The notes beneath the pieces were generated by a model. The model was not told the DNA's origin. It saw nothing but the letters and a program-made list of their open reading frames with translations, and made no database searches. A DNA stretch of 56,150 nt, filler included, from Dugesia japonica (lineage: Eukaryota): NCBI GenBank assembly GCA_001938525.1. It is 5 parts of 5 records of this genome, joined end to end, with 100 filler letters (N's around TTAATTAATTAA, not from the genome) between each part and the next. Parts side by side here need not be neighbours in the genome. Positions count along the whole stretch, not along the records: positions 41,452 to 56,150 come from MQRL01561904.1; 4 more parts are not named here. One strand, 5' to 3'. Positions 50,100 through 56,150 of the stretch are shown here, piece after piece. Both the position numbers and the translations under genes were made by a program. Each line of letters starts with the position of its first letter. Within the stretch, counting starts at the first letter, position 1.

Positions 50100-50315
50100 G
50101 ATTGCACAGAGAACTCTAAAACAAGTACTGGCATATATTCATGTTTAAAATTGTTATTTACATTGAAACGGCAACTAAGCTCATATTTAGTTAGCACCTA
50201 TATTCCCGCTATTCTTATAGTAATGGTATCATGGTTAAGCTTCTGGATTAGTGTTGAAGCAGTTCCAGCCAGAGTTACTTTAGGGTTGTTGACTTTATTA
50301 GGTATCTTAACGCAA
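50100..50315 (+). CDS. Cys-loop chloride channel second coding exon: loop C, M1, M2
   Basis: tttcag|GAT in phase 0 with the 42698 donor. DCTENSKTSTGIYSCL (loop-C Cys pair), YIPAILIVMVSWLSFWI, and AVPARVTLGLLTLL (anion-selective PAR). Donor caa|gtaat. Confidence 0.93.
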
Positions 50316-50328
50316 GTAATAATTTATT

Positions 50329-50329
<1 letters not shown>

Positions 50330-50390
<61 letters not shown>

Positions 50391-50440
50391 NNNNNNNNNN
50401 NNNNNNNNNNNNNNNNNNNNNNNNNNNNNNNNNNNNNNNN

Positions 50441-50505
<65 letters not shown>
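50330..50505. repeat. (AAT)n microsatellite spanning a gap
   Basis: Direct reading. Confidence 0.95.
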
Positions 50506-50507
<2 letters not shown>

Positions 50508-51202
50508 TACATTTGAATTGATCTTATATACTTTCAATAATAGTTAATTGCTGAGATTTATTCATTTTAAAATACTTTCCTTGTAGTTTGATCAAATATT
50601 TGTTGATATTCTTCAACCGAAAAATATTTGATGAAGAAGACTATTGTTAAAAAAATAAAAACAAAAAAATTGATAATTTCTTCTGCAATTTAGCTTTTAT
50701 TGAAAATGTTTTAATTACTTTATTATTCTGCTAACCAGTCGTTTATATTTTACACATTTTAAATATTTTTATATGGTTTATGTTTTTAGGACGTATATTA
50801 AAAATTATGAAAATAATAATCTAAAATTCATGTCCAATAAATCCTGGTTTGACTTTTATTCCTTGAGTTAAAATGATATTCAAATCTTCATCGCAAAGCA
50901 TTAACTTTCTTTTTGCTGATCTGATAAATCTAACCACAAGGGGGGAAATGATAGTAAAATGCTAAGAAGAAGTGTAAATTTTTACAACCAATAATATGAA
51001 TAATCTGCTTTTCATGTATTAGGTAAATCTTCAATTGGAATTTCATTTTCCAAATCAAAATTAATATTNNNNNNNNNNNNNNNNNNNNNNNNNNNNNNNN
51101 NNNNNNNNNNNNNNNNNNNNNNNNNNNNNNNNNNNNATTGAAACATAGTACTGAATTAACTCAATTTCTATTGGCTAAAAATATTAAATAATAATTATTT
51201 TC

Positions 51203-54105
51203 TTATATCACTCTTCTTAAGAAACTTCTACGTTTTTCCACATTTTGTTCTAATCGCTGTCTATTTTCTCTTTGTACCGCATACCGTCTTTCGTGACTTC
51301 TCTCAATTATTCGATAAGGTCCTTCAAATCTGTCTTGACTTTTATTTCTTCTTTCTATCCTAATGAGTACAAAATCTCCTACTTTGAATTCTCTATTTTT
51401 ATTCCCCTCTGAAGTGTTTTCTTTAGTTTTACCGGAAACGTCTGACCCATACCACTTTTCTCTGCTAATTTTCTTTCCAAATAAGATCTTACCCGGGCTC
51501 TTTCCAGTCGTCTTCTGCTTTGTTGCGTTCATTGTAAATTCTATTTCCGTTAAAAGATCTGCCCAATCTGTTGTCTTCCTTTTCTGAAGTGTCGCAATAA
51601 TCAAATCTCGAATTGTCCTGAACTGTCTTTCAATTTGTCCGTTTGCATTATTATGATAGGGACTCCACAAATATTTGGCTCCACAAATTCTTCGCAATGT
51701 ATTTGTTTCTCATGTATTCGTACACCTTCTCAACTCCTGCATGAAATAATAATTTATGTATTTCTTCTATTGCCTTATGTATTTTTTCCTCCGAAATTTT
51801 TATTTTCTTGATTAAATCTGCGTCCTCAGAAATGTTTAATTGCTCTTCTTTTTCCTTTTCAATCATGTTTAGTATTCTCGTTTTAATCTTCCATTTTTTG
51901 GCATCTTCATGTGACATTTGACAATGTACAAATACCTCACATCTTGGTCTAGATAACATATCTGCATTACCATGTTGAATTCCTTTTCTCTATTCCAGAA
52001 CCATGTCTAGACTACTCGGATGATTAGTCCATGTCTGAAATTGCGATGTAATTGGTTTCTTCGTCGCGATCATGAAGGTTAGAGCTTTATGATCTGTTCT
52101 AAGAGTAAATCTTCTACCGTACAAATAGGGTTTGAAGTGCATTCAGAAATAATAAACAGCCAACAATTCTTTTCGTGTGATGCAATATCCCTTTTCATGA
52201 CTTGTCATTGAGTGTGATCCATAGTCAACAACTCTTTCTCTTCCTTCTTTATCAATCTGTGACAATACTGCTCCAATTGTATCGAAACTCGCATCTGTAT
52301 CTAATATAAATTCTTTGTTTATATCTGGAAAACACAATATTGATGCAGTCATTAGAAATTTCTTTAGACCCTCAAAAGTATCGTTTATTTCATCTGTCAT
52401 TTCTAATTTTTTGTTGCTTGGCCCGCTACACAACTGTTCTAAGATTCTTGATTTTTTTGTGTAGTTTTCTATAAACTTTCTGTAGTAATTACATATTCCT
52501 AAAAAACTTCGTAACTTCTTCACACAGTTAGGTTTCCAAATGTTCTTATTGCTTCTATTTTAGACGGATTAGTTTTGATACTATCCTTGCTAATTATGGG
52601 TCCAAGAAATTTGATTTTGCTTTGAAGAAACTGACACTTTTCTGGATTAATTCTTATACCAGCCTTCACTATTTCCGTCAATACTTTTTCGATTACTTCA
52701 TAGTGTTGATCTTTATGGTTTCTAAATATCAGGATATCATCAAGATAAACCATGGCTCCATTGATTCCGCTTATCACTTTTTTTATCATCTCTTGAAATG
52801 TCCTTGGAGCGGCTGAGATGCCAAATGGCATTCTATTAAAACAATATTGTCCATGCTTCATTGAAAACGCCGTTTTTTCTTGAGATTCTTNNNNNNNNNN
52901 NNNNNNNNNNNNNNNNNNNNNNNNNNNNNNNNNNNNNNNNNNNNNNNNTCTATCTAACTTGAACAGCATTTCATCGACATTAGGCATCGAAAAGGCTTGT
53001 TTTTTGTTTATTCAATTGTTATTCAATTGTCTGAAATCCAAACATATTCTTATGTGTTTTGCATAAGGAGAGTTGCATTTCCGGATAATGTTATTTTCGA
53101 AAAGGTTTTGGATAGCTTCTTCCATTTTAGATTCTAAATTCATTGGTTGTCTATACGGTTTTACATTGATTGATTCACCACTTGTAATTATTTTGTGTCT
53201 TGTCAGATGTGTGCNNNNNNNNTCTGCTATAAAAGCATCTTCTTTACTTTCAATTATTTTCAATAACCGTTGATCCTCTTTAATCTTCAAAATATTTAAG
53301 GCTCTTGTCAATCGCTCTCCATTTTTAATTTGTGTTCCGAATTTCGATTCAATATTGCAAAAGTAATTTTTGACTTTTTCATCCGTTTATTATTCTAGCC
53401 CCTTTATCTAATAGACATTCTACCTTATTTCCTTGAATTGATACCGTAACACTTGGTCTACCTTGCAATTTATGGTACGAAATATTTGTTTTCTTTTCTG
53501 CTTCAACTGTTCCAACCCATTCAACTTTTCTATCATCCGCAAAATTTTCCCTTTTTAAAATACTGTATACTTTTTTGTATCTTTTCCTATATCATCCCAC
53601 TTTTCGACCCCTTGAGGAAAATTACTAACTTCATTTAACAATGGATGGATCCAACCAACTCATCTATTAGTGGAACCCTGCTATTTGGGTACTGTTTTTC
53701 GGAATCAATTTCATTTACTTCCTCATATCCATCGTTTGTACTGACATCTTTATCTTCAATCGCATATTCTCGATTATATCGGTCTTTAGATCTTTCTGCA
53801 GTCATAAATTTCTCACTTGTTCTTTTCATTTTCAAGTTTGTGTAGCACTCTTTTGCTCTATGTCCACCATTACCACATCGTTTACACCTCACTTCTTGAC
53901 ATAACCTTCTAATATGGCTAACCTTTCCACATCCAAAACATTTTGTTGGTTTTTTATTTGGACAATCTCGACTTATATGTCTCGTTTTATGACAAGTCCA
54001 ATACTCCACCACTTTTTTGGTTGGACAATTCGCTTTAGTATGACCGATCTTTTTACATGACCAACATTCTACATTTTGTTTTTCCTTTCTTTGCTCCACA
54101 TGTCT
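51203..54105 (-). mobile_element. Gypsy LTR retrotransposon gag-pol, frameshifted, no LTRs recognised
   Basis: Gag CCHC knuckles (53635..54099), RT RMPFG...YLDDILI, RNase H LDTDAS...TRKELLAV, and integrase SPYHNNANGQIER...FEGPY, in RT-RH-INT order. Confidence 0.93.
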
Positions 54106-56084
54106 AATATATGATGTATAACATGATAATATAATGTATAATATGTTGTATAATGATATGTTTATTCGATCCCTCTAACATTAATAATATGATACTTGTT
54201 TGTAACATCTATTTTTAATAGGCAAATTTCATATAATACAAACAACTAGAAATTTTTCTGCATTTAAAAAAATTGAATTTTAAAAGCAAAACGATTGGTT
54301 ATACATAATACGCTAAAATATAAAATAGTATGTGCTTGCAATATTTTCTTGCGTCGATAATATAATTAAAAATTGGAACAACACAGTAACACAATAAAAA
54401 TAAATAATCTGATTGCAGTGATAATGTATAAAAAACAGCTCCCAAAAACCAATGTCCGATACACCAATAAAGTTTTTAAACTTGGACCTGTGAGTCACTT
54501 CTTTTCGGTTATTGCTGAAACAACATTCACACAACGTCAGGAAAAATGATTAAATTCAATACATTTTTTATTATTTGAAAAAANNNNNNNNNNNNNNNNN
54601 NNNNNNNNNNNNNNNNNNNNNNNNNNNNNNNNNNNNNNNNNNNNNNNNNNNNNNNNNNNNNNNNNNNNNNNNNNNNNNNNNNNNNNNNNNNNNNNNNNNN
54701 NNNNNNNNNNNNNNNNNNNNNNNNNNNNNNNNNNNNNNNNNNNNNNNNNNNNNNNNATTTAAAAATGATAACATCCAAATATGGCATATATTAAAAGTGA
54801 TTTAAATTATAACTTAAAATTATAATTTAAAATTTAAAATAAAAATGTAAAACATGAGAAAAATTGAAAAATAAAACTCAATCTTATAATGTGTAAAGGT
54901 TTAACATTTTTATAAAAAAAAATTCTTAATTTTATTTTACTCTTATAATTATTGAACTATATTATTGAATTGAAATATTAATTAAAAAATTGTCAATAAA
55001 AATAATTAATAAATTTCTTTTTTTTTAAAAAAAGAAAATAATTTGATTTATTGTTTTTGTTTAAAAATATATAGATTTTCATTTATGTAAACATTGAGAG
55101 AAAATTCGAAAATAATTATTGAAAAATTAATGATACATTAAAAAAAACAATTTTATAATAAAGTCCAATTTTTATGCAATAAATTAAATTTAATTTTCCT
55201 ATGGAGTTTAATGTCATTAACTGTTGCAGAAAAATTCATCACATGGATTAGAAAAATGTCAATTATTCAGCTAAAATTTCACACACATTTCCCTATTAAC
55301 TTAATCATAAATTATTTCTATTTATTATACGAATTACTAAAGTAAAACTGAGGTAGAAAATAATTTTATGACTCCCATTTGAATGGTAAGCATATTAACA
55401 ATGCTACTAGTTATTAATTTAAATGTTGTTTTAAATTCTTTCATTAAGAAAATTAGAAAATATTGACGTTTTATTGATTAAATGATTTAAGGTAAATATT
55501 ACAAAAAAATTTAAATTTACCAAACTCAATTTAAACAAAATTTCAGTTTGTTAAAAACTTTGAAAATTTTATGAAATTTAAAAATATATTTCCATAAAAC
55601 ATTGTGAATATTGGAACAATTCTTTTTTCAATAGCTATTGAAATTTCTTTTCGAATTTCTAGAAAACAATTTTTATTACACTTTTGTTTGATTTCTTAGT
55701 TTACTCGATAAATTCGCAACTACCCAACTTTAATGATTTAAATCTGATTATGCAAACTTTCGGTTAATTCTATATTGCTTAGCTCGATAAAACTGCTGGT
55801 CTTAAATATAAAGTAATTCTTTCTTTTATTTTCTATTTGTTAGTGACCAATAATTTACAAAATTCAATTATTGGATTTTCTATCAAACACAAATTCTTGA
55901 TAATCTTAGTAAATATTGCCCTAACAAACTCAAACTAAAGGAAAGAAACATGGCATCTATGGTTGTCAATGTTTTGTTTCCGAGGACTAAAATTTTGAAA
56001 ATTAGTTTATTCTTAGAAGAATACATAAGGTTATCTAGAAACTCTAAAGTCACTTCAATTGAAGATGTACAAAGAACCTAAAGA

Positions 56085-56097
56085 TAATATTAATAAT

Positions 56098-56150
<53 letters not shown>
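56085..56150. repeat. (AAT)n microsatellite
   Basis: Direct reading. Confidence 0.95.

Overview
Very AT-rich, gap-ridden eukaryotic genomic DNA. It is probably from a flatworm or planarian; this is inference from 41-45 nt introns, (ATT)n microsatellites and a flatworm-type Cys-loop chloride channel. The window is five assembly pieces joined by artificial 100-nt linkers (N44-TTAATTAATTAA-N44). Three host gene loci are visible. (1) A divergent prolyl 4-hydroxylase alpha-subunit-like gene (+), with five clear exons in 269-5600 and a probable sixth near 19.1 kb. (2) A cluster of apparently intronless transformer-2-like RRM genes at 23.5-32.3 kb: one complete copy with an R/D/Y/N repeat tail instead of RS domains, one fragment inside a foldback-type element, and one opposite-strand copy with a duplicated 5' end. 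(3) Two coding exons of a glutamate/glycine-gated chloride channel subunit (+, 41994-50315). The rest is decayed and often nested transposons: hAT, mariner, pogo/Tigger, MULE/foldback, Gypsy, Penelope-like, and an RLE-type non-LTR element. There is also an orphan 28S rRNA fragment. The most notable non-coding signal is a family of palindromic elements carrying inverted pairs of minimal type-I hammerhead ribozymes. All calls come from manual reading and motif recognition; no searches were run.
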